Part shown: positions 18,952-27,813 of the stretch, piece by piece | How the letters are laid out: the number at the start of each line of letters is the position of its first letter | Numbering within the stretch: position 1 is the first letter of the stretch | IMG/VR virus record: IMGVR_UViG_3300038461_000154 | DNA: 64,000 bases | Strand: one strand, 5' to 3' | From: an uncultured virus (IMG/VR IMGVR_UViG_3300038461_000154) | Lineage: Duplodnaviria > Heunggongvirae > Uroviricota > Caudoviricetes | Notes under the pieces: model-generated | Seen by the model: only the letters and a program-made list of their open reading frames with translations | Database searches by the model: none | Told to the model about the DNA's origin: nothing | Program-made: the position numbers and the translations under genes

Positions 18952-19165
18952 ATAATGTCTGTTCCAAAAGATAAGGACATTCATCTGGTGGGGTGCCTAT
19001 AACGTCAGTGAATACTGCCAATGTCGGGTCAAATGTTTTATAATGACTGTTGTAACCTGCTTGACAAAATACTTTGCCATATTCCCAATCTTCTTCAAAA
19101 AAGGATGGTGGTTCGCTTGCTCGTTTGGCTTGATAACACTTCCGGCAGACCACTTTATTCAGCAT
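18941..19165 (-). CDS. CPYLE family Cys-rich protein
   Basis: Family motifs. Confidence 0.85.
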   Translation of the reverse strand: MLNKVVCRKCYQAKRASEPPSFFEEDWEYGKVFCQAGYNSHYKTFDPTLAVFTDVIGTPPDECPYLLEQTLYAK

Positions 19166-19373
19166 GGCTTTGTTCCATTAAAAGATGCTCCAATACATAA
19201 GGGCAATCTTTGGCAGGCGGATAAAAAGTTCTGTTATTACCACCATTCACCATACCTACTCCACAATGTACTAAATAAAAAGGATGATTCCAATTCTGCT
19301 CAAAAAATTCTCGTGCAGTAGAGCATATATCTCTTTTTAAGTAACAATGAAGGCAAATGGCTTTATTCAGCAT
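19155..19373 (-). CDS. CPYLE family Cys-rich protein
   Basis: Family motifs. Confidence 0.85.
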   Translation of the reverse strand: MLNKAICLHCYLKRDICSTAREFFEQNWNHPFYLVHCGVGMVNGGNNRTFYPPAKDCPYVLEHLLMEQSHAE

Positions 19374-19572
19374 GGCTTTGTTCCACTATAAGATGCTCTA
19401 AAACATAAGGGCAATGGTCAGGTGGTGATAATACCGTAGAATGATAACAACCGTAAGTCTCCGTAGTATTACAAAACACAGAATGAATTTTTTTCCATGT
19501 AGAATCATCGTGCCTATCCCATTTCCAGCCCAAATTTCTATAACACTTTTTGCAGATACTTTTATTCAGCAT
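19363..19572 (-). CDS. CPYLE family Cys-rich protein
   Basis: Family motifs. Confidence 0.85.
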   Translation of the reverse strand: MLNKSICKKCYRNLGWKWDRHDDSTWKKIHSVFCNTTETYGCYHSTVLSPPDHCPYVLEHLIVEQSHAE

Positions 19573-19750
19573 TGACTATATGCTCCAAAACATAAGGGCA
19601 TTCTATCGGCGGCTCGTTCACTTTATAAAGCGTGGAGTAGTAATTGTTTTTCATCACACAGCCACAATACACAAGACCCAAGTTCCAAAATTTCAGAAAG
19701 TTGTGTTCATACCGTACTTTGCACTGTTGACAGATATCATAGTTCAACAT
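19562..19750 (-). CDS. CPYLE family Cys-rich protein
   Basis: Family motifs. Confidence 0.85.
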   Translation of the reverse strand: MLNYDICQQCKVRYEHNFLKFWNLGLVYCGCVMKNNYYSTLYKVNEPPIECPYVLEHIVNAE

Positions 19751-19944
19751 GGCCGTTTACTCGCTACAAGGTGTTCCAAAACATATGGGCATTCTTTTGG
19801 CGGTTCATCATGTTTAACGTCAAGGTTATAGTACCCATGGCCAACCATCGCGCAAGCACAATGGACAAAACCCATTTTCCAATACTTGAAAAAGAGATAC
19901 ACATACCTTGACTTGCATTGGTGACAAACTTCTTTGTTCAACAT
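19744..19944 (-). CDS. CPYLE family Cys-rich protein
   Basis: Family motifs. Confidence 0.85.
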   Translation of the reverse strand: MLNKEVCHQCKSRYVYLFFKYWKMGFVHCACAMVGHGYYNLDVKHDEPPKECPYVLEHLVASKRPC

Positions 19945-20162
19945 GATTCTTGTTCCTGTAACAAATGCTCTAAAAAGTATGGGCAATCTTCTGGCGGTAG
20001 TTTCGCAATTTCCCGTCTGCCAGTTTTGCTGAGAGAACCCCAACAAATCGTCCAGCCGGTATCCCACATATTTTCAAACGTTTGGTATATTGGTGATGTG
20101 GTGCCTAGAATCCTTTGGGCTTCCGTATAAAAGCACTTATGGCACACTTCTCTATTCAGCAT
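19938..20162 (-). CDS. CPYLE family Cys-rich protein
   Basis: Family motifs. Confidence 0.85.
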   Translation of the reverse strand: MLNREVCHKCFYTEAQRILGTTSPIYQTFENMWDTGWTICWGSLSKTGRREIAKLPPEDCPYFLEHLLQEQESC

Positions 20163-20395
20163 TTTTCGTATCTCTTGTGCGGTGGAACTGAGATATGCCA
20201 ACAACCCGCGTCATGGCATTCTCGCACTCTTGGTTTGAAAGCTTTACCACACTTCGGGCAACGGACTAATGATGGTATCTTGTGTTCATTCATTTTTGTC
20301 TTGATTTTTGAATGCTCGCGCTCACCCCAATGATTGCTTACGTCTTGAGCGTCTGTACAACACCAAACAAGTTTTCGTGGTTTTTTGTTCAGCAT
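20156..20395 (-). CDS. non-family Zn-finger protein carrying the MLNKK start
   Basis: CPKC..H; no CPYxLE. Confidence 0.75.
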   Translation of the reverse strand: MLNKKPRKLVWCCTDAQDVSNHWGEREHSKIKTKMNEHKIPSLVRCPKCGKAFKPRVRECHDAGCWHISVPPHKRYEKC

Positions 20396-20604
20396 GATTT
20401 CTGCCCCGCCATTAAGTGTTCAAGAATGTACGGGCATTTGTCATGTGGTGGTTTGTCAATAGACTGTGCAAATGGACTAACCATCCAATCATCGTTAGCC
20501 GGAATACAACAAACAATTCCTTGACGCCAAAAGTATTCATCCTCATCCCATTGTTGATGATAAGCATTCATAAGGCACTTCTTACAAACATTTTTATTGA
20601 GCAT
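20389..20604 (-). CDS. CPYLE family Cys-rich protein
   Basis: Family motifs. Confidence 0.85.
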   Translation of the reverse strand: MLNKNVCKKCLMNAYHQQWDEDEYFWRQGIVCCIPANDDWMVSPFAQSIDKPPHDKCPYILEHLMAGQKSC

Positions 20605-20842
20605 AAACAAGATGCTCTAAAAGGTACGGACAATCTGGTGGTGGTTCCTCAACAATCTTCATCGGTTCGCTATTGCCATATTCGGGACAGTTACAAATGC
20701 CTTTATCCCATGCGTTATAGAAATTAACAAGTAATTGTTTTCGGTATGCGTTATCGTTGTACCATACCGCATAATATCCGGCGCAACACTTCGCGCAACA
20801 CTCTTTGTTCAGCTTTGGAATACTGTCACAAGCCGTTCCCAT
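20594..20842 (-). CDS. CPYLE family Cys-rich protein
   Basis: Family motifs. Confidence 0.8.
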   Translation of the reverse strand: MGTACDSIPKLNKECCAKCCAGYYAVWYNDNAYRKQLLVNFYNAWDKGICNCPEYGNSEPMKIVEEPPPDCPYLLEHLVYAQ

Positions 20843-21072
20843 ACCGACATTATACGAGATTTAGGTTCCTGATTCAAGACTTGTTCTAAAAGGTATTGGC
20901 AATCTTCTGGCAGGGGCGGTCCAATGTTTATCGCCCTTGACTTGTACGGGCAATAACATAAACCCACTCGCCAATACATTTCAAATGCTTCTTCGTTGCA
21001 ATGGGAGAATAGCGTAAAAGATTCACGCACACGATTCTTATAACACATAAAACAGATAGATTTAACAAGCAT
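20809..21072 (-). CDS. CPYLE family Cys-rich protein
   Basis: Family motifs. Confidence 0.85.
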   Translation of the reverse strand: MLVKSICFMCYKNRVRESFTLFSHCNEEAFEMYWRVGLCYCPYKSRAINIGPPLPEDCQYLLEQVLNQEPKSRIMSVWERLVTVFQS

Positions 21073-21484
21073 TGATAATATGCTCCAAAAGATACGGGCA
21101 AAAATCGGGTGGTTGACCATTGATGCTATGTTGCTCTTGCGAGTCTTCAAATATATCAGTCGTCGGCACAGGGCAATCTACAATATAATAGTATTTCCAA
21201 TTGTACTCGTCTTCTTCCCACCACTTTCCGTTCATTTGGTGCTCTGTAACACATTTCATACAAAGCTTTTTATTCAGCATTATTTTGCCCTTGCCATATT
21301 GAGTATTAGTGGTTTGCTCCAAAAGGTACACGCAATTATCCGGTGGGGCCGCTTTAATAATAGGAAGTGTATGGTTATTATAAGGGCAGTAACATTTCTT
21401 GTACTTGCGCCAATGTGTTTCAACGCTCCACTTACCTATCCTGTGTTTATCCCAACATCTTTTGCAAATAGCCTTTTTAAGCAT
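21062..21484 (-). CDS. CPYLE family two-module fusion protein
   Basis: Two complete modules in frame, no stop between. Confidence 0.8.
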   Translation of the reverse strand: MLKKAICKRCWDKHRIGKWSVETHWRKYKKCYCPYNNHTLPIIKAAPPDNCVYLLEQTTNTQYGKGKIMLNKKLCMKCVTEHQMNGKWWEEDEYNWKYYYIVDCPVPTTDIFEDSQEQHSINGQPPDFCPYLLEHIINAC

Positions 21485-21698
21485 TGACTGTATGCTCCAA
21501 AACATAAGGACAATACTCTGGCGGCTCACCTTTTGTGTCCAATGTTTTCGTGCCTTTAGTGAATTTCTGACTCCAATGAGCGCAATAAACCTCTTTTGCC
21601 CTCCAAGCTCTCTTGAAGCATATCCGAATGTAATGCTCATCGTGCTCTTTAAGCCAATCATTCAATTGGCAATTGAGACAGATTTCTTTTTTAAGCAT
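21477..21698 (-). CDS. CPYLE family Cys-rich protein
   Basis: Family motifs. Confidence 0.85.
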   Translation of the reverse strand: MLKKEICLNCQLNDWLKEHDEHYIRICFKRAWRAKEVYCAHWSQKFTKGTKTLDTKGEPPEYCPYVLEHTVNA

Positions 21699-21903
21699 TG
21701 ACGATATGCTCCAAAAAGTAAGGGCAACCATCGGGCGGTTCTCCATTGATGCCGGTAAATGTAAAACCCCTTTCTCCCGTCCACAGCTTTACTCTGCATC
21801 TTACAAAACCCATTCCCCAACGCAACCAAAACCCATCATAGTCAATGTGGGTCTTTTTATCATTCTCTAACGCACATTTGTAGCATATCTCACTACTCAG
21901 CAT
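21691..21903 (-). CDS. CPYLE family Cys-rich protein
   Basis: Family motifs. Confidence 0.85.
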   Translation of the reverse strand: MLSSEICYKCALENDKKTHIDYDGFWLRWGMGFVRCRVKLWTGERGFTFTGINGEPPDGCPYFLEHIVNA

Positions 21904-22129
21904 GAACAAGTTGCTCCAAAATATACGGGCAATCATCTGGAGGATTATCAGTTATGTCCACTAGGTGTGAAGCTAAAACACTGGCTGTGCGGTCAGTTCC
22001 TTTTCCATTCCACTGCTCACATAACATGTAACTTGTCGTAGACCAACGGAATTCAAATGTTTGCGATGATAGCTGGTCATTGCCGTATCTGTTAAAATAG
22101 CATTGTCGGCAAATATCTTTATTGAGCAT
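21893..22129 (-). CDS. CPYLE family Cys-rich protein
   Basis: Family motifs. Confidence 0.85.
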   Translation of the reverse strand: MLNKDICRQCYFNRYGNDQLSSQTFEFRWSTTSYMLCEQWNGKGTDRTASVLASHLVDITDNPPDDCPYILEQLVHAE

Positions 22130-22358
22130 AAGGAGCCTCTTGATTCACCATTTGTTCAAGCGCGAAAGGACATTTTGGAGGTGGTGGATGTCTGATTGGT
22201 GTAAAACCAATATAAGCTATGAAGCAGTTTGTGTTTTGGTAGCTCCAATGTTTTTCAAAGTCGGCAATCAGAGCTTCCTGCTGTTCTGACGTGATGTTCT
22301 TAATAGGATACGGCCTGTTTTCAAGCCAACAATGTAGACACACCTTTTTATTTAACAT
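22119..22358 (-). CDS. CPYLE family Cys-rich protein
   Basis: Family motifs. Confidence 0.85.
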   Translation of the reverse strand: MLNKKVCLHCWLENRPYPIKNITSEQQEALIADFEKHWSYQNTNCFIAYIGFTPIRHPPPPKCPFALEQMVNQEAPYAQ

Positions 22359-22582
22359 GAAATTATATGCTCCAAAAGGTATGGGCATTGTACAGGTGGC
22401 TGATTTTCAATTGGAATAATATATGACGCTCCATCAAATGCACTTGAACAAAATACCAATTTCTCTTCATTCCATCGTTCTTCATCCCTTTGGTTCCACC
22501 ATTCGCCAGTCCATCTTGGGTCAAAATCCATTGACCGAAAATGTGCTATCACACAAGCTTTACAAACCTTTTTGTTAAGCAT
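22352..22582 (-). CDS. CPYLE family Cys-rich protein
   Basis: Family motifs. Confidence 0.85.
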   Translation of the reverse strand: MLNKKVCKACVIAHFRSMDFDPRWTGEWWNQRDEERWNEEKLVFCSSAFDGASYIIPIENQPPVQCPYLLEHIISC

Positions 22583-22817
22583 CAGAAACCCCTTGACTCA
22601 CCAAGTGTTCAAGGGTGTAAGGGCACGTCTCTGGTGGTTTTCCATCTATTCTAGGATAATCGGGTCCATCGAATGGCATCTTTAAGTATTCAGGGCAGTT
22701 ACATTGCTTATATTTACGCCATATTTGATGAAAGGCTATCAGCATATTTGTTCGGCCAATGACATACTTCGCCACTCTGTTTTTGAAGCATCGTTGACAA
22801 ATTTTTTTATTCAACAT
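22575..22817 (-). CDS. CPYLE family Cys-rich protein
   Basis: Family motifs. Confidence 0.85.
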   Translation of the reverse strand: MLNKKICQRCFKNRVAKYVIGRTNMLIAFHQIWRKYKQCNCPEYLKMPFDGPDYPRIDGKPPETCPYTLEHLVSQGVSDA

Positions 22818-23020
22818 GATTCATTCACCAAATGTTCAAGCTGATAGGGGCATTTTTTTGGTGGCTCATTGCCAATGCTTATTGCAACATGTGAATAATC
22901 AACCTTATATGGACAAAAAACAATTTTCTCTTTTGTCCAATGATGTTCATCAAAGTCAACCCAACCAAGAGAATCATGATAATGTATAAGACAATGTTTG
23001 CAAACCTTTTTGTTTAACAT
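22811..23020 (-). CDS. CPYLE family Cys-rich protein
   Basis: Family motifs. Confidence 0.85.
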   Translation of the reverse strand: MLNKKVCKHCLIHYHDSLGWVDFDEHHWTKEKIVFCPYKVDYSHVAISIGNEPPKKCPYQLEHLVNESC

Positions 23021-23286
23021 GCCTTTCCCCATGTTTTCCTGCACCAACTATACAATTTATCCTTCATGCTTTGTTCTGGATTCTGGTCTGAAACAAGCTG
23101 TTCAAGTTCATAAGGGCATTGCTTCGGTGGTGGTCCATGAATAGACCAACTTTCATTGAGTGTGGCGCAAAGGCATATCTCGCTTCTCCACCAATCATTA
23201 AATCCTTTCAATGTAATAAGTTCATCGTGGTTTGGGCTACGCTGGTGTTTATCGAAGCACTTTAAGCAAATCTTTTTATTGAGCAT
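23014..23286 (-). CDS. CPYLE family Cys-rich protein
   Basis: Family motifs. Confidence 0.85.
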   Translation of the reverse strand: MLNKKICLKCFDKHQRSPNHDELITLKGFNDWWRSEICLCATLNESWSIHGPPPKQCPYELEQLVSDQNPEQSMKDKLYSWCRKTWGKAC

Positions 23287-23524
23287 TGATGACATGCTCC
23301 AAAATATAAGGGCAATCAGCAGCCGGAAGCGCAGCAAAAGCCTTCGCAATTCCTGCCATATCTTCCTTATAATGCCCTTGGCGAATCCCAAGCAGTCCTT
23401 TACGAACCATGCAAAAAAGTATCTTATTTTTCCATTCTATTTCAAAATGCGTCGTAGAGGTATCTTTACCCCAACTAAGGTAACGCTGTTGGTAACAATG
23501 CTCGCACACTTCTTTTTTAACCAT
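23276..23524 (-). CDS. CPYLE family Cys-rich protein
   Basis: Family motifs (MVKK start). Confidence 0.85.
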   Translation of the reverse strand: MVKKEVCEHCYQQRYLSWGKDTSTTHFEIEWKNKILFCMVRKGLLGIRQGHYKEDMAGIAKAFAALPAADCPYILEHVINAQ

Positions 23525-23768
23525 TGACAATATGCTCCAACAGATACGGACACGCCCTTATCAATCTCGCGTTTTTTGTTTTCCTTTTCTTTGACTTATC
23601 CCAAAAGTCATGGAAGTCTTTATTTAGGCAAATCCAATTTCCCTGTTCCACACACCACAACACACCTCTTCCCCAATCTTCATTAAACACTTGTTCTGAC
23701 CACGATGCTATTAACATCGTTGCTCTTGCTTCCTTACAGCACTGCAAACAAATCGCCTTATTCAACAT
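23517..23768 (-). CDS. CPYLE family Cys-rich protein
   Basis: Family motifs. Confidence 0.85.
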   Translation of the reverse strand: MLNKAICLQCCKEARATMLIASWSEQVFNEDWGRGVLWCVEQGNWICLNKDFHDFWDKSKKRKTKNARLIRACPYLLEHIVNG

Positions 23769-23967
23769 TGACAGTGTGCTCCAATAAATACGGGCAATCA
23801 TTAAGCGGCAACAAATCAAACACACATAATGGTCCAGCATCAACTCCTATTTTAGTTATACACTCAAGCCGTCTGTTTTTCCAATCAGGTTCAAATGTGA
23901 GTATCCAAAAGCCATTATGAGGCTTCCTGCTTTCGTAACAGTGTCGGCACACCTCCTTTTTAACCAT
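23758..23967 (-). CDS. CPYLE family Cys-rich protein
   Basis: Family motifs (MVKK start). Confidence 0.85.
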   Translation of the reverse strand: MVKKEVCRHCYESRKPHNGFWILTFEPDWKNRRLECITKIGVDAGPLCVFDLLPLNDCPYLLEHTVNVE

Positions 23968-24232
23968 TGTGCATCATGTGCTCCAACAGGTATGGACAAT
24001 TTTCTGGTGGTTCTCTGTACGTGCGTTGTTTATGAGGAGAACCCTTACAATGTGGGCAAGTACAAAGTTCAACTCTCCACATACGGGCAAACGATTCCAT
24101 GAATGCCGTCATGCTTCGTGGGCGCATTTCACGTTTTACGTATTCTCTAACACATAATCTACATGCTTTTCTATTTAGCATGAATTCTCTAAAAAATGAT
24201 TTTGGTATATAAGGCATATTCTGTTTAAGCAT
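23960..24232 (-). CDS. CPYLE family Cys-rich protein
   Basis: Family motifs; second in-frame MLNRK at 24181. Confidence 0.8.
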   Translation of the reverse strand: MLKQNMPYIPKSFFREFMLNRKACRLCVREYVKREMRPRSMTAFMESFARMWRVELCTCPHCKGSPHKQRTYREPPENCPYLLEHMMHNG

Positions 24233-24452
24233 TGACAATATACTCCAAAATGTACGGGCAATTTTTTGGAGGGTTGCTTGTTGAAACAGACAAGTTAGCT
24301 TTACCGACATTTCTATGAGGACACATGCAATATCCATCTTCCCAAAAATCATTGAATGTGCTTATATAGTAGTCAATACTGTCCTTGACCCAATCAGGAT
24401 GTCTCTTACAATACTGTTCTACGCAAAGTTTACAAAATTTCTTGTTAAGCAT
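24225..24452 (-). CDS. CPYLE family Cys-rich protein
   Basis: Family motifs. Confidence 0.85.
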   Translation of the reverse strand: MLNKKFCKLCVEQYCKRHPDWVKDSIDYYISTFNDFWEDGYCMCPHRNVGKANLSVSTSNPPKNCPYILEYIVNA

Positions 24453-24645
24453 TGACCACTTGCTCCAAAAGATAAGGGCAGCTATCAGGTGGTTGTTTTC
24501 TTGTGTCGCATTCAACGGTTGCTAATTCTAAATCATCTGAAGGACAATTAACCATTCCTCTTTTTTCCCAATCATCTAAAAACCTAGACCACGCTATCCA
24601 AAAACGTTTCTGATAACACTGTGCGCATATTTTCTTGTCAAGCAT
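24445..24645 (-). CDS. CPYLE family Cys-rich protein
   Basis: Family motifs. Confidence 0.85.
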   Translation of the reverse strand: MLDKKICAQCYQKRFWIAWSRFLDDWEKRGMVNCPSDDLELATVECDTRKQPPDSCPYLLEQVVNA

Positions 24646-24838
24646 TGATAACATGCTCCAAAAGATATGGACAGTTACTCGGTGGTTCATCTTTTATCCA
24701 AGTTCTAGCAGCAACCATAGGCACTTGAGATTTGTTTGGCGGGCATATAACATAACCATATTCCCAATCGGTTATAAAGAGATATGCCATTGTATACCGC
24801 TTATTGTAACAGCGTCGGCATATTTTATTGTTAAGCAT
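24638..24838 (-). CDS. CPYLE family Cys-rich protein
   Basis: Family motifs. Confidence 0.85.
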   Translation of the reverse strand: MLNNKICRRCYNKRYTMAYLFITDWEYGYVICPPNKSQVPMVAARTWIKDEPPSNCPYLLEHVINA

Positions 24839-25100
24839 TGGTAGACTCCAAACTAACCACATGCTCAAGCACATAAGGACATCGCCAATCAGGTTTGTCT
24901 GTGATTTCAGTATAATGAGATTGCCACGCATAATTATTATTGTCAGCAGTGTTTTTGTCTCTGCACCAAGGTTCTGGGAAAACACAAAAAACTCTGCCAT
25001 TATTCCATTCCAAAGGGAAAAGTTTTTCTACTGCTGCCCAAGTTGTATGTTTTGGGTAGTATTTTTCACAACATCGTTTGCATATCTCTTTATTAAGCAT
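24831..25100 (-). CDS. CPYLE family Cys-rich protein
   Basis: Family motifs. Confidence 0.85.
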   Translation of the reverse strand: MLNKEICKRCCEKYYPKHTTWAAVEKLFPLEWNNGRVFCVFPEPWCRDKNTADNNNYAWQSHYTEITDKPDWRCPYVLEHVVSLESTNA

Positions 25101-25362
25101 TGACGGTATGCTCCAAAAGATACGGGCACTTACTTATCAACTCATCGTTCAATTTTTTATTATATGCCCCTCCTATACCTTCAAAAGTCATTGACTTGGC
25201 TCTTTTAGTTTTTGGTCCATCGGTTAGCCAAATCCATGCTTGTTGTCTACCACAATCTACTACTCCAATTTTCCAAAAGTCATCAAATATGCTTTCATAA
25301 AAAGCAAATTCGTGTTTTAGTCTCTCTTTACAACAGCATAGACAAATCGCTTTATTAAGCAT
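25093..25362 (-). CDS. CPYLE family Cys-rich protein
   Basis: Family motifs. Confidence 0.85.
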   Translation of the reverse strand: MLNKAICLCCCKERLKHEFAFYESIFDDFWKIGVVDCGRQQAWIWLTDGPKTKRAKSMTFEGIGGAYNKKLNDELISKCPYLLEHTVNA

Positions 25363-25555
25363 TGACTGTATGCTCCAAAACGTAAGGACAATCAGGTGGC
25401 AAACTACTAAATTTGTAAGACAATTTACCTTCCAAATTCGGCATACAATCGAGCGTTTTATTTTTCCAATCGTCAGATAGCCACTTCTTTCCATCAGAAT
25501 GGTATCTCTTCACATAACAACGTTCGCAAATCTTCTTAACCATTGATGCACTCAC
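25355..25555 (-). CDS. CPYLE family Cys-rich protein
   Basis: Family motifs (MVKK). Confidence 0.8.
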   Translation of the reverse strand: MSASMVKKICERCYVKRYHSDGKKWLSDDWKNKTLDCMPNLEGKLSYKFSSLPPDCPYVLEHTVNA

Positions 25556-25902
25556 TTTCCTGCAATAAAATCCTTGAACGAAACCTTGGCATCATCTTTG
25601 CCAATCGGGAAACACTCATAGAGCATTGAAGCACGAAAATGCTTTGGATTCCGTCGCCTTCCTTCTGCATAAAGAGCGGCAGTCTTATCAGCCGGAACAC
25701 CAGTAACGATGACATTGTTTGTCTTATCCGCGCCAATGTCAACTATGTAATTCAACTTCTCACCCGGCACCAGACCTATACTCAGCAATGAGTCTAGGGC
25801 AGTATCACTCGTTTCACCCGTCTCACCAATTCGGGTTTCAGACAAGTCTATCTTTGGCTGCTTCGCTTTCTTAGCCTTTACAGCCTTCGCTTTCTTTGCC
25901 AT
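25552..25902 (-). CDS. hypothetical protein with K/A-rich N-terminus
   Basis: AGGAG RBS; promoter motif at 25957. Confidence 0.75.
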   Translation of the reverse strand: MAKKAKAVKAKKAKQPKIDLSETRIGETGETSDTALDSLLSIGLVPGEKLNYIVDIGADKTNNVIVTGVPADKTAALYAEGRRRNPKHFRASMLYECFPIGKDDAKVSFKDFIAGK

Positions 25903-26093
25903 TTGATGCTTCTCCTAAAAGGTTTCTCCACAGACCTTCTAACTGTCACCAATTGTATATCGTTAGTTCACTCCGTTCTAGTGAAATCTTTAGGCTTCGA
26001 AATGAAAACGCCCCTTAGAATTACCCAAGAGGCACTATCATTGTAATTTAGGTTTATCTTAGCCATTCATTTCTTGTGCTTGAGCCGCGATGC

Positions 26094-26831
26094 CTATGCT
26101 GCTTTTTTGAACGTGCTTGCCAATATATTCCCCACATTATGAAAATGCTGATATGAAATTCTCAACAGGTTAATATCATGCTTTAAACAGTATTGTGTTT
26201 TAATCTCATCATTACGAACAGTCTTGCGATATTGTAATACGTTCACGCTCTTATCTTTGCTCCACCTGCCCACTTTGAAATGATGTTCCCCGTCATATTC
26301 AATGCAAGTATTGTAGTCGGGAACATAAAAATCAAAAGGCAACGGTCTTTTTCTACCTCTACAATCCAAAAAAATCTTCTGTTCTTCAAACTCAATTCCT
26401 TGGAAGAGCAACCATTCTCTAATAGCCTTCTCTCCCTTTGACTTCCCGCAATTACAACCGCCTCCTAATAAATGATATTTTGGTGTTTGCTCAAAAACAC
26501 CGCACTTAGGACAAATTATTTTAACTTTTATTAAGCCACTTTTATATTTCACCAAAGAATAATCATAACAATCACCATGTACTTTTCTGAATTGACTAAT
26601 AATCATTGTTTGTGATTTGGTTTTGTTTTTAGAAATAAGAGTTCCTTTGCATTTCAGACACCCTCTCCCCTGCAAATGATTACTTGGTGTTTGTAAAAAT
26701 TCGCCGTGCATAGGACAAAGTATGCTTACTTTAATTTTTGTATTGACAAACAAAACAGAAGAATAATCATACAAAAAATGATGTATTTCCGTAGCTCTTT
26801 GGATAAAATCTTCTTTGGTAATTTTCTTCAT
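26094..26831 (-). CDS. free-standing homing-type endonuclease (Zn-ribbon repeats plus PD-(D/E)XK/Vsr-like domain)
   Basis: Two YDYS.V....K..I.CP..G.F.QTP..HL.G.GC repeats, then SKGE..FDFY..IEYDGEHH..LLRI. Confidence 0.8.
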   Translation of the reverse strand: MKKITKEDFIQRATEIHHFLYDYSSVLFVNTKIKVSILCPMHGEFLQTPSNHLQGRGCLKCKGTLISKNKTKSQTMIISQFRKVHGDCYDYSLVKYKSGLIKVKIICPKCGVFEQTPKYHLLGGGCNCGKSKGEKAIREWLLFQGIEFEEQKIFLDCRGRKRPLPFDFYVPDYNTCIEYDGEHHFKVGRWSKDKSVNVLQYRKTVRNDEIKTQYCLKHDINLLRISYQHFHNVGNILASTFKKAA

Positions 26832-26883
26832 TTCCAGCTTCTCTTTTACCATTAGAAGCCGGATTATCAAAAAATTGTGACTC

Positions 26884-27177
26884 TTAACTTACCGTGTGTT
26901 CAAGCAAGTACGAACACTTATCTGGCGGCTTTAAGCGTAGCGTGAACATTATATCCATCTGCAAAGGCGGAAAACTATCAACTTGGCATTCTGAGCCTTT
27001 TATCGGGCATGGTACTCTTCTATCATAATTGCTAAGCATTATTTTGAACCATTCATTGTATTGGAAATCAAGATTAGGTATTTCCTTTTCCATGTCGGCA
27101 GGAGTCCACACCCCACTACGGCAGAAGGACTTTTTCAACATTTCTTTGATGCACTTCTTGCAAACTCTTTTATTCAT
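26884..27177 (-). CDS. CPYLE family Cys-rich protein (long subfamily)
   Basis: Family motifs; similar to 27174. Confidence 0.85.
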   Translation of the reverse strand: MNKRVCKKCIKEMLKKSFCRSGVWTPADMEKEIPNLDFQYNEWFKIMLSNYDRRVPCPIKGSECQVDSFPPLQMDIMFTLRLKPPDKCSYLLEHTVS

Positions 27178-27476
27178 GCTGTCACCGTGTGCTCCAAAAC
27201 ATAAGGGCATTCTGTTGGCGGGTTGGACCGCGATGTACAGAATACCTCTAATTGTAACGGTTCAAACATCAACCCATGACATTTTGACGAATCTACAATC
27301 GGGCAAGGAACTTTACCACCACCGCTAGTGACTTTTTCAAACCAATCGCCTATCTGATGGTCTAAGTAAGGCATTTCTTTTTTGATGTCTTCTAAAGTCC
27401 ACGTTCCTGTTTGTTCGCAGAAACACTTTCTCAGTCCTTCGTCAACACACTTTTTGCAAATCGTTTTGTTTAACAT
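27174..27476 (-). CDS. CPYLE family Cys-rich protein (long subfamily)
   Basis: Family motifs. Confidence 0.85.
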   Translation of the reverse strand: MLNKTICKKCVDEGLRKCFCEQTGTWTLEDIKKEMPYLDHQIGDWFEKVTSGGGKVPCPIVDSSKCHGLMFEPLQLEVFCTSRSNPPTECPYVLEHTVTA

Positions 27477-27480
27477 TGAC

Positions 27481-27813
27481 TCACTCCATAGCCAAACATG
27501 ATTTAACCGATGTCACTGTATGTTCAAGTACATAAGGACAATTTTCTAGCGGCTTCGGTATTAAAACATAGAAGTAAACCAAATCGAGAGGATAATAAGG
27601 AATCATTTCGTGGTCATAGGATTCTCTATCTTTATCACCTATATAATTGAAACATGGTGCCATAAGATATCCTTTGGCCCACAGTTCATTAAACCACAAG
27701 TCGAATTGTTTTTCGTGATTCAATAACACAGCTTCTTTCATGTTTCCAAAAACACTAATATATCGTCCTTTCAAATATTGTTTTATACATCGTCTGCAAC
27801 ATTCTTTATTCAT
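27481..27813 (-). CDS. CPYLE family Cys-rich protein (long subfamily)
   Basis: Family motifs. Confidence 0.85.
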   Translation of the reverse strand: MNKECCRRCIKQYLKGRYISVFGNMKEAVLLNHEKQFDLWFNELWAKGYLMAPCFNYIGDKDRESYDHEMIPYYPLDLVYFYVLIPKPLENCPYVLEHTVTSVKSCLAME

